A stretch of DNA of 63,960 bases, the filler included, from Octopus bimaculoides (Eukaryota): NCBI RefSeq assembly GCF_001194135.2. It is 9 parts of 9 records of this genome, joined end to end, with 100 filler letters (N's around TTAATTAATTAA, not from the genome) between each part and the next. Parts side by side here need not be neighbours in the genome. Positions count along the whole stretch, not along the records: positions 9,892 to 14,105 come from NC_069004.1; positions 14,206 to 27,924 come from NC_068995.1; 7 more parts are not named here. One strand, given 5' to 3'. A program made the translations under genes and the position numbers. Of the stretch, positions 13,446 through 25,440 are shown in pieces. Each line of letters begins with the position of its first letter. Position 1 is the stretch's first letter. The notes under the pieces were generated by a model. The model ran no database searches, had not been told where the DNA came from, and was given only the letters and a program-made list of their open reading frames with translations.

Positions 13446-14060
13446 CTTTCTGATGATTCTGTCAGCCTTAAATATTGTAAATATTAATTCTGAAAATTTC
13501 GCTAAAATAAATCCTAAGACAACGTGTTAGAAATCAGTAAGTTGTTTTCAGACTCTTAAATCTATTTTAGGAATCGATCGTAAAAGAAAGAAAGGGTTTC
13601 GTGTTGCAAGAAAAGAGAGAATTCTAGAGAATTCTGAAGTAGAATGAAACAACATCAAATAGGTTAAAATGTGGGATGTAGAAAGTAAGTGAGAGAACGC
13701 CCTGATCTGTCCTTTTTTGGACAAAGAAGACACAATCAGAGTAAGTTATATAATTACTCACTACTAACTTGCAACATCTATCTGTCTCTCTTTCCCTCTC
13801 TCTCTATCTATGCATTTTTCTGTCTCCCTTTGTTTCTATCTTTATTTGTATACATCTGTCTATATGTATGTATACAAGTTCGTCTCGCGTTCTTTATCTG
13901 TCATTCTTTCTCTTAATTGAAGGCTCCCGCGCTGCGAAGAAGCGCATTATGATCAGCAGTGTATAACCACATGCAATAATCTGCTACATATGTGTGCCTC
14001 CGTGTGTGTTTGCGCATCCACGCACTCACATATATTTGTGTGTTTGTGTATGTATGTATG

Positions 14061-14105
<45 letters not shown>

Positions 14106-14205
14106 NNNNNNNNNNNNNNNNNNNNNNNNNNNNNNNNNNNNNNNNNNNNTTAATTAATTAANNNNNNNNNNNNNNNNNNNNNNNNNNNNNNNNNNNNNNN
14201 NNNNN

Positions 14206-14410
14206 CGAGCGTGGCTGTTTTCGTGCGGGTGACACGTAAAAGCACCCACTACACTCTCTGAGTGGTTGGCGTTAGGAAGGGCATCCAGCTGTAGAAACTC
14301 TGCCAAATTAGATTGGAGCCTGGTGTTGCCATCCGGTTTCACCAGTCCTCAGTCAAATCGTCCAACCCATGCTAGCATGGAAAGCGGACGTTAAACGATG
14401 ATGATGATGA
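14206..14410 (-). mobile_element. Repeat family B copy (CATCATCGTTTAACGTCCGCTTTCCATGCTAGCATGGGTTGG start)
   Basis: Related copies at 14680-14850 (+), 16335-16790 and 50375-50735 (-). Confidence 0.75.
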
Positions 14411-14469
14411 TATATATATATACATATATACACATACATATATATGTGTATATACATACACACACACAT

Positions 14470-14630
14470 AGAAATGCTTTCAGTTTCCATCTACCAAATC
14501 CAGTCGCAAGGCTTTGGTCAGTCTGGGTTTATAACAGGAGACACTCACTCAAAGTTCCACACAGTGGGACTGAACTTGGAACCATGAGGTTGGGAAGCAA
14601 GTTTCTTACCACACAGTCATGCCCGTGCCT
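14470..14630 (-). mobile_element. SINE family A head
   Basis: Reverse complement of the family A head. Confidence 0.75.
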
Positions 14631-14974
14631 ATGGCAAAAAATTCTGCAAATTCACCATCACCATCATCAATATCATCATCATCATCACCCTTTAACGTCC
14701 ATTTTCCATGCTGGCATGGGTTGGGCAGTTTGAGCAGATCTGGCAAGCTGGAGAGCTGCACTAGGTTCCAGTCTGATTTGGCTTGGTTTCTATGACTGGA
14801 TGCCCTTGCTAACACCGACCACTTTACAGGGTGTGCTGAGTGCTTCTGACGTGGCACCCAAACCAAACCATTAGAAGTAAACTTACAAACAAAGTATAAC
14901 ACAGCAGTCAAACCTCAGTTTCTCCATCCAGACTTCAAAACATTGTAAAACATCTATTATTTTTCTTTTTGTAG

Positions 14975-15170
14975 ATCCTGATATGTCTCACAGAACTGAT
15001 GAAAATGAGAATTTTTCTAACCGAAGTGTTTATTCATTGGAAGATACTTCAACAAAAGCACAATATGGTAAACCAAACTTTGCAAAGGAAGCACACACTG
15101 AAGCATTTAACAATTGCTTCCCAGTGTTAGAAAAATCTCGATCTGCTGGGTCTTTAAATCGTACAAGAAG
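14975..15170 (+). CDS. CCDC81: CCDC81-like gene, upstream exon (..DPDMSHRTDENENFSNRSVYSLEDTSTKAQYGKPNFAKEAHTEAFNNCFPVLEKSRSAGSLNRTR)
   Basis: Strong acceptor TTTTCTTTTTGTAG, open frame, donor AAG|GTAAGT. The phase-2 end joins in frame to the phase-2 exon at 22000. Assigned by splice phase, not by recognised homology. Confidence 0.6.
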
Positions 15171-15389
15171 GTAAGTTTCTGATCTTTTATCTTCCATCTG
15201 TTTCAGCCATTGGATTGTGGTCATGCTGGGTCACTGCCTCAAAGGGTTGCAGTCAAACAAACTGCCCCCAGTACACTTATTTTTAAGTCTGGTACTTATT
15301 CTATATTCTATTGGTACTCCTTTGCTGAAATGCTAAGTTACAAGAATGTAAACAAACCAACACTGATTGTCAGGCAATGGAGTGGCAAA

Positions 15390-15424
<35 letters not shown>

Positions 15425-15471
15425 CATCATCATTTAACATTCGTTGTCCAAGCTGGCATGGGTTGGATATA

Positions 15472-15512
<41 letters not shown>

Positions 15513-16207
15513 TAGCAATAATACCCATCATTGATCGGGTAATTACTCTTACTATTTCTTGGGCCAAGAAGCTAGAAAAATGGGTATTTCATATAGAAGA
15601 ATACCTTTATGGAATCCAGTTGATTGTGATGGCACTGAAAAGTCTGTAGGTCAAGTGGAACATCCATTTATCACTGTTCTTTTTGATGTTTGAATAGGCG
15701 GTGTGCCAAAGGAGAATTGAAAGATTCAGTTTGAATGTGAATGAAACTAAAAGAATAGCTATATCATATAGAAGAATAGCTTTCCAGAATCCAGGTGATT
15801 GTGTGATGGCACTGAGAAGGCCACAGGTGAAGTGAATGACCCATGTGTCATGGTTTTTTTTTTACATTTGAATAGGCCATATACCCAAGGAGAATTGAAA
15901 GATTCAGTTTTGAATGTGAACCAGGGTGAGACTACGAGTAGAAATTTAGTTTTACTCATCCTGTATGTGTGTATTATATAAGAGAAAAACATGTAATAAT
16001 TGAAGTAGAAGAAAGATGGATTTCAGCAATTTTTAGTGTTTGGCTTTGTGGTCTTTGTAGGTTCTCTCTGATTGGTGAGATTGATGCAGTCAAGGCACAG
16101 CCTAAATACTTTTAGGTGAAATAACGCAAATGAAGAGAGATTGGCAACTGGTCAACTTTAGAAGTTACACCAGGTAGACAAAAATTTGGAAGTGATGGAC
16201 AAAATGT

Positions 16208-16253
<46 letters not shown>

Positions 16254-17304
16254 GACAACAAAAGTTGTGTATAGTGAACAAGATGCCAAAAAAAAAAACC
16301 GGAAAAGGAAAAGAGGTAGACAAGAACTGGCAAGGCCAGGGGCTGCACCAATTTCCATAGTCTGACTTGGTTTGGTTTTTACAGCTGGATGCCCTTTCTA
16401 ACACCAATCACTTTATGGAGAATACTGGTTGTTTTTTTACCTGGCACTATCACCAGTGCTTTTTACGTGGCACTAGCACCATTGCTTTTTATGTGGCACC
16501 AGCAACCACACCAGTGCTTTTTTATGTGGTACCTTGGTTATAGGATACCAGTACTGTTTTGGTGGGTAGGTCTTTTTGAGTACAGCAATGCAGTATACAT
16601 CTCAGTACTCTGTAATCTCCTTTGTAAGGCTCAGCATTTTGAGTGAATTGAGTTTTGAGCAAAATGACATTCACTCGACCATGCTTGTCCAAGCTTGTAT
16701 GGATTGGATGGAATTTATTAAGGCAGGTTTTCTATAGTTGGATGTCCCTACTTATCTCCAACCCTCACTTGTTTTTAAGCAAGCTAATATTTCCCCATGG
16801 TCACACCTGTTGTCACAGAATATCGGAAATGAATGACAATTAATATGTGACAATCATTTACATCTATCTTGTGATGTCAAGATAAGGAGACAGACATACA
16901 CACACACACACTCTCTCTCTCTCTCTCTTACGTATGGAACCTCTTTCCCAAAATAGGCTTCCTTTCAGTTCTGTCAACCAAATATATTCACATGGCTTTG
17001 GATGGTTCAGAGCTAAAGTAGAAGACACTTACCCAAGGTGCCATGCAGTGGGACTGAACCCAGAACTATATGGTTGGAAAGCACACTTCTCAACCATACA
17101 GCTATATATATTGCTTCATGTTTAAGAATTTATATTTGCTTGTATTTGTGTGTGTGTGTAATATGTTATATAAATCAGCAAGTGTTGAGAGGAATCAGCT
17201 TGGATGAAGAGTGAAATATTTATTCTGTAATGAGTATAACATAGCTATTTTCTGCCAATCTATCAAGTTTCCTGTAAAAAGCAAACCCATGCAGGGCTGC
17301 TTCT

Positions 17305-17385
17305 TCAAACAGATCTGATGAATGTGGGATAACCACTAATTCTTTGTGGTATCATGGTTATCTCACATTCATCAGATCTGTTTGA
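17305..17385. repeat. Near-perfect 31-bp-stem hairpin with 19-nt loop (pre-miRNA sized)
   Basis: CAAACAGATCTGATGAATGTGGGATAACCA pairs with TGGTTATCTCACATTCATCAGATCTGTTTG; the single difference is a G:U pair on the + strand. Confidence 0.85.
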
Positions 17386-17650
17386 TTATCAAATGAATTA
17401 TTGAAGCTGGCTACGCCAGGAAATCTCACATAAGAAGAAAATACATGAGAAAATATGAGACCAAGCTCATTTTATTACTGAGAGAAAATGTATGACTGAA
17501 GAACTATAACTCTGTAAATTACTCAGATTCTCTCCCCATATGCTATGAAATGAGATTAGAAATTGAAAAATTGGTCTGAAAAATAGATCTAATAATGATT
17601 TCTTTATCTTTTAATAATGATTCAAAAATTGAAAACGTCAGTCAAATGAA

Positions 17651-18935
17651 TATATCAGGTCATTAAGAATGAAATGTCCAATTTTTTTATACACCAAGTT
17701 TGACAGTCATTAACTCTAATGTACTGACAATTCTTTGTTTTACAACATTGAAGAGTTACATCACCACTTTTCGAAATGTAATTCATGGTGTCTGATTATA
17801 TTGTGAGTTTTCTCTTCTAAATCAATTTTTGTGAACCCATGGATAGATAAAAATTCGTGTTGTTTCTGAATATGACTTCCGTCGTGAAACCAATGCCTCC
17901 CAGACAGCTCAAAACATTAATGAGGTGTTTGGTGAAGATGTGGCGAATGAATGCCCTGTACGTCAATGGTTTGAGAAGTTCTGGTCTGGTGACTTTACTC
18001 TTGAAAATCAGCCCTGCAGTAGACATGAGACCAAGGTGGATAATGATGAGCTGGAAACTGTAGTGGAAGCAGATACATCTCAAACTATGCCTGAGTTAGC
18101 AGCAAGGTTTGATGTTTCGATTCCAAGTGTATTGGACCATCTGAAACAAATCGGCTAGGTAAAGAAGCTGGACAAATGGGTACTACATGAAGTGAACGAG
18201 CATCAAATGACATGTCGTCTTGAAACTTGCTGTTCTTTGCTGTCACAGCATAAAAGTGAACCATTTTTGCATCGTATTGTTACTTGTGCTGAAAAATGGA
18301 TTCTTTTCAACAATTGCAAGCGTTCTGCACGGTGGTTAGATAGAGACAAAGTGCCAAAAAACAATCCAAAAAGGAATATTCACTAAAAAAAAAAAAAAAA
18401 AATGATGTGTGTTTGGTGGTTCAGCGCTGGTGTCATCCACTACAGCTTCATGAGATCTAGTAGGTCAATTACAGCGGACGTATACATCAACCAACTGGAT
18501 GAAATGATAACTGAACTTGCAATTAAACAAGTGAAGTTGGTCAATAGAGACAGGCCAATTCTCTTGCATGGCAATGCTCGACCACATGTTGCATAGAGAA
18601 CGCTACTCAAGTTACATGAACTGAACTTGGAAGTACTCTGTCATGCACCATATTCACCAAACCTTGCACCAACTGACTATCACATTTTCCAGGCAATAGA
18701 CAACTTTTTGGAAGGTAAAAATTTCAAATCTGAAGAAGATGCCAAAACAGCCTTACGTGATTTCATCACCTCTTGCTCTTCAGAATTCTTCATTGCCAGC
18801 ATAAATAAGCTATTGATAAAATGGCAAAATTGTGTTGATAATTTAGGTGTATACTTTGATTAACTACACTGCTTTTTGTTGAGATAAATAAAATACATTT
18901 CCAGTTCAAAATCGGACATTAATGACCTGATAATA
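17651..18935 (+). mobile_element. Full-length inactive mariner (Tc1/mariner, D,D34D type) transposon
   Basis: About 1.28 kb. Imperfect TIRs ATCAGGTCATTAA..ATGTCC / GGACATTAATGACCTGAT next to TA. Transposase 17839-18863 with RQWFEKF, WVLHE, IVTCAEKW, LLHGNARPH and HAPYSPNLAPTDYHIF; broken by several stops, with catalytic Asp substitutions. Confidence 0.95.
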
Positions 18936-19319
18936 TACTGTCTGTCCACTTGACCTCATTGTTTGTGTACTGTAAGCAATAAAGTTTGAGCAAAGGCATT
19001 TCAGCTCCAGATTATAAACCTGTTTCGTGGAATGGGTAAAAGAAGGAATTTGAAGAAACAGAAGAGGAAGGGGAAAGGGAAACATAAGAAAAGAGGAAAA
19101 AAAAGAAAGAACATAAGATGAAGAAAGAAAACTGAACATGTAAGAAGTTTCCCTTCATAGTAGGGTGGTTCTTGATGATGTTTTGTAGTTCAATTGCTGT
19201 GCTTTCCAGTTTGTTAGTATGTCTCTGCCTATTCGAGGACATCTTGTAAACATTTCATTTTTAAAGCCAAGACAGGTATTAGAATAAATTTTGTACAATT
19301 TGTGCCCAATCAAAGTTTG

Positions 19320-19640
19320 CATGTTATAATTCTATACATGTATGTCTTTGGTCTCTTGAATAATTTCCATCTGACGTCCAGTTTTTTAATCCTTCAACGT
19401 GTGTATATGTCACATTAATATTGGATGTTCTTGTCCAGGTGATTGAATGACAGCAAGTAGTAATAGAATCTTTGCTTAAATTGATCATAATATAAAGCTT
19501 TCCTCCAACGTTAAGTTCGGTGTGGTAGGGGATGACCTCTGTTTCACATAAAACTAATGTAATGTTACATGGCCTTAAGTGTATTTTATCTTTCAATATG
19601 AACACCCTCAGTCTTTTGCTAAATATGATTTTCATTCATA
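19320..19640 (-). mobile_element. Possible heavily decayed Penelope-like fragment
   Basis: IPYHTELNVGGKLYIMIN...SNINVTYTHVEGLKNW loosely resembles the post-RT PP-S-NV-TNIG..KISYSCM-N region of PLEs, from memory only. Confidence 0.3.
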
Positions 19641-19827
19641 ATATCAAATGAAAGAATCCTGATGACTACATTCCCGTGCGTTGGCCTATGGCACATATAT
19701 TTCTTCTCTATAATGAAATGAGTTTGGCCTTCTACTTCCTTGGGCTTCCTCTTAATAGAATTTTACAGAGTAGCCATGTTGAATAATATATTTGTTATCC
19801 AGACCTGACAAATGTAGGACACACACA

Positions 19828-19906
<79 letters not shown>

Positions 19907-20155
19907 NNNNNNNNNNNNNNNNNNNNNNNNNNNNNNNNNNNNNNNNNNNNNNNNNNNNNNNNNNNNNNNNNNNNNNNNNNNNNNNNNNNNNNNNNNNNNN
20001 NNNNNNNNNNNNNNNNNNNNNNNNNNNNNNNNNNNNNNNNNNNNNNNNNNNNNNNNNNNNNNNNNNNNNNNNNNNNNNNNNNNNNNNNNNNNNNNNNNNN
20101 NNNNNNNNNNNNNNNNNNNNNNNNNNNNNNNNNNNNNNNNNNNNNNNNNNNNNNN

Positions 20156-20192
<37 letters not shown>

Positions 20193-20195
<3 letters not shown>

Positions 20196-20572
20196 TTTTC
20201 TTTTATTTGTTTCAGTCATTTGACTGCAGTCTTTTAGTTGCAAAAATCGACCCCAGGACTTATTCTTTGTATGTCTGGTACTTATTCTCTTGGTCTCTCT
20301 TGTTGAACCGCTAATTTACGGAGACATAAACGCACCAACATCGGTTGTCAAGTGATGGTACGGGGTGGGTGACACAGACACAAAGACACACACATATGAA
20401 TATATATATATGACAGGCTTCTTTCAGTTTCTGTCTACCAAATCTACTCACAAGGATTTCGTCAGCCTGAGGCTATTGTAGGACACACTTACCCAAGGTA
20501 TCATGCAGTGGGACTGAACCCAGAACCATGTGGTTGGGAAGCAAAATTCCTACCACACAGTCACGCCTGCAC
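20193..20572 (-). mobile_element. SINE family A, near full length
   Basis: Tail, microsatellite and head all present in reverse orientation. Confidence 0.85.
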
Positions 20573-20734
20573 CATCCATATAGCTACATCTATATATTAT
20601 TAAAAATGAACTTCAATGTTACACTGCCAAACTGGGGCATATTGGGAAAATACTATAAATTAAGGTTCCCCTGAAATGTGAATACAAACGGAACCAAATA
20701 TACATACATACATACATACATATATACATACATT

Positions 20735-20796
<62 letters not shown>

Positions 20797-20800
20797 AATG

Positions 20801-20833
<33 letters not shown>

Positions 20834-20839
20834 TTGTGT

Positions 20840-21487
20840 GTCTGTGTTTGTCCCCTACCATCGCTTGACATCAATGTTGGTCCGTTTACGTCTTCGTAAC
20901 TTAGAGGTTCAGTGAAAGAGATCGATAGAATAAGTACTAGGCTTACAAAGAATAAGTTCTGGGGTCGATTTGTTTGACTAAAGTCGGTGCTCCAGCGTGG
21001 CCGAAGTCAAATGACTGAAACAAGTAAAAGAAAGAATATGTATATATCTACATGTGTATGTGTCTTTGTGTCTGTGTTTGTCCCCAACCACAGCTTAACA
21101 ACCGGTGTTGGTGTGTTTACGTCACCTTAACTTAGCAGTTCGGCAAAAGAACCCAATAGAATAAACCAAGCTTAAAAAATGTCCTAGGGTTGATTTGATT
21201 AAAAACCCTTCAATGTGGTGCCTAAGCATGGCCACAGTCAAACGACTGAAACATGTAAAAGATAATATATATATTCTTTACTTTTACTCTTTTACTTGTT
21301 TGAGCCAGTTGATTGCATCCATGCTGGGGCAGTGCCTTGAAGTGTTATAGTCGAACAAATCAACCTCAGGACTTATTTTTTTATAGCCTAGTACTTATTC
21401 TATCAATATCTTTTTGCTGAATCACCGAGTTATGAGGATGTAAACACACCAACACTGGTTGTGAAGCAGTGATTGTCGGGGGACAAT
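20840..21487. mobile_element. Cluster of three SINE family A tails (two +, one -)
   Basis: Tails at about 20840-21035 (+), 21065-21265 (+) and 21275-21487 (-). Confidence 0.8.
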
Positions 21488-21999
21488 AAAGTGCTTTATT
21501 GGTGTGAAACCAATGGTCTCTCTGACAGTCTTCTAAATATACTACTGCTCTAATGTTTTAGAGTGTGCTTCTCTCTCGGATATATGAACTACTGACTGAT
21601 ATAAATATATATNNNNNNNNNNNNNNNNNNNNNNNNNNNNNNNNNNNNNNNNNNNNNNNNNNNNNNNNNNNNNNNNNNNNNNNNNNNNNNNNNNNNNNNN
21701 NNNNNNNNNNNNATTACATGGATGGAATTTATAAATATTTTAATTCATCACTACACGTGTTTCTTATGATCATAGCTGGCATAAGGAAATAAGAACTTTT
21801 ATATGCATAAACAAAGACATTTCCCATAAACAAACTTAAAGGATATATATGAATATATATATATCATATTTATTATATATATATACACACATATATACAT
21901 ACTTACACACACACACATGCGTGTGTCCGCATATATATAATCTTCATAATCTTCATATTCTAATGAGCGCTCGATGAATAAATGTTTCGTGAATTTTAG

Positions 22000-22222
22000 A
22001 TCTTCCTATCGGCAAAGTCACACAGCACGGGAGCCAGTTGTTCAAGCTTGTTGTGATCACCATGGTAGTGGACAGGAGATATGCTATTTGTGTCACCAGC
22101 GTGAACAACGGAATGTCTACATGCCATTTACAGAAGAGAAAGCTCGCAGAGATAAAGAAGAAGATCTGTTGCTTCGGAAATATTCTGAAATGAAGAACAC
22201 AGAACATCTTTTGCAGGAAAAG
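22000..22222 (+). CDS. CCDC81: CCDC81-like coiled-coil protein, conserved exon (SSYRQSHTAREPVVQACCDHHGSGQEICYLCHQREQRNVYMPFTEEKARRDKEEDLLLRKYSEMKNTEHLLQEK)
   Basis: Motif AC.DH...GQE.CY.C.QR.QRN...EE..R....D.L...Y matches vertebrate CCDC81 as I recall it (ACQDHNKAGQEMCYVCLQRAQRN). Acceptor TTTTAG, donor AAG|GTAACT, phase 2 to phase 0. Confidence 0.88.
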
Positions 22223-22312
22223 GTAACTAACAATAAACATTTTAAATATCTAAATGCTCAAGGTGAGTTGTTAATAAGATTACCCTGTTTTATCATTATG
22301 CATACATTTAGA

Positions 22313-22525
22313 AGGCGGCGAGCTGGCAGAGTCGTTAGCACGCTGGACGAAATGCCAAGCGGTATTTCGTTTGCTGCTATGTTCTGAGTTCAAATTTCAC
22401 CGAGGTCAACTTTACTTTTCATCCTTTCGGAGTCGATAAATTAAGTACCAGTTGCGTACTGGGGTTGATCTAATCGACTGGCCTCCTGCCACCAAATTTC
22501 AGGCCTTGTGCATATAGTAGAAAGG
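22313..22525 (+). mobile_element. SINE family C copy with 18-bp target-site duplication
   Basis: ATTATGCATACATTTAGA at 22295-22312 and 22526-22543 flanks a full copy. Confidence 0.88.
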
Positions 22526-22543
22526 ATTATGCATACATTTAGA

Positions 22544-22924
22544 GAGGAGGTGCAATGGCTTAGTGGTTAGGGCAGCGGACTCGCGGTCATAGGATCGCGG
22601 TTTCGATTCCCAGACCGGGCGTTGTGAGTGTTTATTGAGCGAAAACACCTAAAAGCTCCACGAGGCCCTGGCAGGGGATGGTGGCGAACCCTGCTATACT
22701 CTCTCACCACAACTTTCTCTCACTCTTACTTCTGTTGTACCTGTAATTCAAAGGGTCAACCTTGTCACACTGTGTGTCACGCTGAATATCCCGAGAACTA
22801 CGTTAAGGGTACACATGTCTGTGGAGTGCTCAGCCACTTGCACGTTAATTTCACGAACAGGCTGTTCCGTTGATTGGATCAACTGGAACCCTCGTCGTCG
22901 TAACCGACGGAGTGCCAACAACAA
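22544..22924 (+). mobile_element. tRNA-derived SINE family D, full length
   Basis: A box TGGCTTAGTGG, B-box-like GGTTTCGATTCC, tail ending CAACAACAA. Related copies at 49558 and 51024. Confidence 0.88.
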
Positions 22925-23404
22925 TTAGAGATGAAGATAACGGTAACTTGGCAGTATCAGTAGTGCTGAGTTAAAGAACGTGTAGTATTCAGTTATGTTA
23001 CTTTATGTTCTAAGTTCAAATCCTTCCAATGCTGACTTTGCCTTTCCTGCTTTCAAATTTGATAAAATAAGTATTTGTCAAATACTGTGGTGGATGTAAT
23101 CGACTGTACCCTTCCTCACGAATGAAGGACTTGTAACAGTGTAAGAACTTAGTATTTACATTTACACCAGTTTTTGGTTAGTTTGAACTTGCATCATGAC
23201 CAGTATTTGTTTTAAATTTCTAAATTTGTATACAGTACCAGAGTGAACTCTTTATTTCCGAACTAAGAATAATGAATGTATTTATTTATTAAGCCCAGGG
23301 GTGCCCAATGAAGTGATGAACGTTACTCCTCCTAAGTGAGGGCAAGATCAAGACTAAGAAGTGTTGGAAATTTTAGTTTTATGTTTGTCTCAGCAGTATC
23401 TTTA

Positions 23405-23780
23405 ATCTTTTACTTGTTTTGGTCATTTGACTGTGACCATGCTGGGGCACCACGTCGAAGAATTTTAGTTGAATGAATCGACCCCAGTACTTAGTTTGTG
23501 TTAAATCTGATACTTATCCTATCAGTCTCTTTTGTCGAACTGCTAAGTTGTGGGGATGTAAACATACCAACATTGGTGGAGGACAACACAAATACAAAAC
23601 ACTCATACACACACAGACACACATACATTGAGCTTCTTTCAGTTTCTGCCTACCAAATCTACTCACAAGGTTTTGGTCATTCCTAGGCTAAAGTAGAAGA
23701 CACCTGCTCTAGGTGCTATGCACTGGGACTGAACTAAGAACAATGTGGCTGGAAAGCAAGTTTCTTACCAGACAGTCAGG
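23405..23780 (-). mobile_element. SINE family A copy
   Basis: Reverse tail plus head, diverged. Confidence 0.8.
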
Positions 23781-24483
23781 CCGATGACTATGATATATTA
23801 ATTGACATAATCTAATGACATTCTAACTTAAGAGGCTGGGGTCAAGGGGTCACTTATCATTTTCAGTTACTTTAATATTAAATACTAAACATTGACCTTT
23901 ACAAGACAGACGTTGCCAAATACACATCCTATATGACCTCAAAATTCCTCTGGAATGGATTATTTTTCAAATTTTCTCAGGGAGTGGGCACCTCGTTGTG
24001 GGGTTCTACTGAGTTCAACTATGTCATATTATGGGGGTTTGGTCATTTTAATTTCCATTGAAGTTGAGCTTCATAGTTTGTAACATACAAATAGAGACCT
24101 CAAAAATCACAGCTTATAACAATGATGGGCAATCATTTATGAGAAGCAGGCGACATGAAGCATGGATCATCAGGTAAGTCATGTTACTAAAAAATTCAAG
24201 ATAATTTTTCATTGACATGCTTTCCAGGAACACCTGGAAATTACAGTTAGTCTGTGGTTAGCTTATGATCTTCTTGCAAAGATGTGAATTTATGTATAAT
24301 TTTAGTTACCCAGGAACACAATTTTGGCTTACACCTTAGAACCTATCTACGAACATACATTCGCTTTTATATATTAAAATATTATGGATATCTGATTTAA
24401 TAGTTGTACATATAAATTACATTGGCATATGTGATTTTCAAGCCAAATGTTAATCAATTTTTTTGGAATACTTTTCTGTTTAG

Positions 24484-24591
24484 GAAAAGAAGGCCCTGTT
24501 AAAACGAGAACTGCATGACATGCAGAAAAGTAACTTTGAAGTGGCTGAAATGAAACATGCTAGAAAGAAAGAACGGGACGTAAACTTTATG
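24484..24591 (+). CDS. CCDC81: CCDC81-like exon (EKKALLKRELHDMQKSNFEVAEMKHARKKERDVNFM)
   Basis: Acceptor CTTTTCTGTTTAG, donor ATG|GTAAGA, 108 bp, phase 0-0, in frame with the previous exon. Aligns to the recalled CCDC81 segment KSLATRE...NLGVAE. Later exons were not found before the spacer at 27925. Confidence 0.8.
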
Positions 24592-25440
24592 GTAAGAAGA
24601 AATTACACATGCATCCATATATGCGTACATACATACATACATACATACATACACACATACACCTATGTATATACATACATATATATATATATATATTAGA
24701 AATAATGAATTTCTAAATCTCTCAGAGATTATATATATACACACACATTTAAACCCATGCACAAACACATACTGTACACATATGTATATATACATACATA
24801 TATGCACATGTACACGTGCAGTCGTACACATACACACAATGCACCTGCATACACTGTTTATATATACACACGTAGGTAGGGATGTGAATTTTTGTATTTT
24901 GGAATTAACTGCAATATAAAAAGGAAGAGTGCATTTTCTTCTTTTTATTATTTTTCATGACTCTCTCTCTCTCTCTTTCTCTCTGGCCTTGTGTCAAAAT
25001 TTAAAACCAATATTTTTTCATATTTCCCGACATGTGTGGAAAATTTTTTACATTTTAACGTTCTGTCTCTTTTTCCCTCACTGTATATATATATATATAT
25101 ATATATANNNNNNNNNNNNNNNNNNNNNNNNNNNNNNNNNNNNNNNNNNNNNNNNNNNNNNNNNNNNNNNNNNNNNNNNNNNNNNNNNNNNNNNNNNNNN
25201 NNNNNNNNNNNNNNNNNNNNNNNNNNNNNNNNNNNNNNNNNNNNNNNNNNNNNNNNNNNNNNNNNNNNNNNNNNNNNNNNNNNNNNNNNNNNNNNNNNNN
25301 NNNNNNNNNNNNNNNNNNNNNNNNNNNNNNNNNNNNNNNNNNNNNNNNNNNNNNNNNNNNNNNNNNNNNNNNNNNNNNNNNNNNNNNNNNNNNNNNNNNN
25401 NNNNNNNNNNNNNNNNNNNNNATATATATATATATATATA

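Noticed and set aside
22544-22620. Functional tRNA gene
   Set aside because: The tRNA-like A/B boxes run directly into a SINE body repeated three times in the window, with no complete cloverleaf.
24064-24173. Segment as the true next CCDC81 coding exon (KITAYN resembles KNAAYN)
   Set aside because: It would shift frame, and the exon at 24484-24591 has better splice sites and matching phase. Kept only as a possible cryptic exon.
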